Sequence record: MK250021.1 | Length of the DNA stretch: 64,000 nt | Strand: one strand, 5' to 3' | Part shown: one piece after another, positions 63,601 to 64,000 of the stretch | Layout of the letters: every line of letters begins with the position of its first letter | Position numbering within the stretch: the first letter of the stretch is position 1 | Position numbers and translations under genes: made by a program | The notes under the pieces: generated by a model | What the model saw: only the letters and a program-made list of their open reading frames with translations | Databases searched by the model: none | What the model was told of the DNA's origin: nothing

Positions 63601-64000
63601 TAGCATTTGAACCTATTTATATAATTAATAATGGTAATACATTTAAAGACAATAATGCAAAAGATGAAGATATTATAAATGAGTATTCTACTTATTTTAA
63701 TACATGTTCAATAACAAATATAAAATTAAGCAATAATGGTACAGAACAAACTATTTACAAGAATTCTGGTAATTCAAACAATAATTTTATTAAAAGTATA
63801 TTTTCTAAATCTGTATATATTGACGCAACATCAATATGTATAAGTGTTACAAGTAATAAAACAGAACCAATTTCTTCACTTATATATGATACAACCGATG
63901 GTTTAATAAACGCCTATTTGTTCGATTTTGATATAAAATATTACAAATATAAAAATAATACAGAGAAATTTGAAGAAACAAATAGTGTAAATGTAACAAA
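60699..64000 (+). CDS. large late structural protein (>1100 aa, TAG=Gln), runs off the window end
   Basis: No TAA/TGA in frame from ATG 60699 to 64000; includes track ORFs 61344 and 61869. Confidence 0.7.

Noticed and set aside
17606-64000. Fragmented ORFs interpreted as pseudogenes or sequencing errors
   Set aside because: Breaks are exclusively TAG and in frame, and conserved catalytic motifs are intact across them, so recoding explains them.
1-64000. Amber suppressor tRNA (CUA anticodon)
   Set aside because: The only tRNA-like T-arm found outside coding regions belongs to tRNA-Leu(UAA); a suppressor, if present, is outside this window.

Overview
Very AT-rich segment of a large T4-like (myovirus-type) jumbo/megaphage genome. 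The host is probably Bacteroidota (Prevotella-like), and the overall signature matches Lak-like megaphages (inference). The supplied code-11 ORF track fragments many genes because TAG is read as Gln (genetic code 15) in structural, packaging and lysis genes. Re-reading by hand gives intact genes for TerL (28067-30229), gp13- and gp14-like neck proteins, baseplate-like proteins, an amidase endolysin, three tandem adhesin-like proteins and a 1365-aa repeat protein. Most early/metabolic genes contain no internal TAG: NAD ligase, NADAR, EndoV, YqeY, RF2 and a near-complete ABC/OmpA/PspA-like envelope module (CorA is visible only in its TAG-free C-terminus). A tRNA-Leu(UAA) split into three exons by two ORF-less group I introns (one in the D-loop, one in the anticodon) lies next to a frameshift-free RF2 gene. 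Three promoter-like motif classes roughly track TAG usage: Bacteroidota TAnnTTTG, TA(A/G)AC(A/T)-N17-TATAA(A/T) and ATAAATA. A four-hairpin putative ncRNA lies at about 47.9-48.15 kb. Several N gaps limit interpretation. All translations and counts were done by eye.
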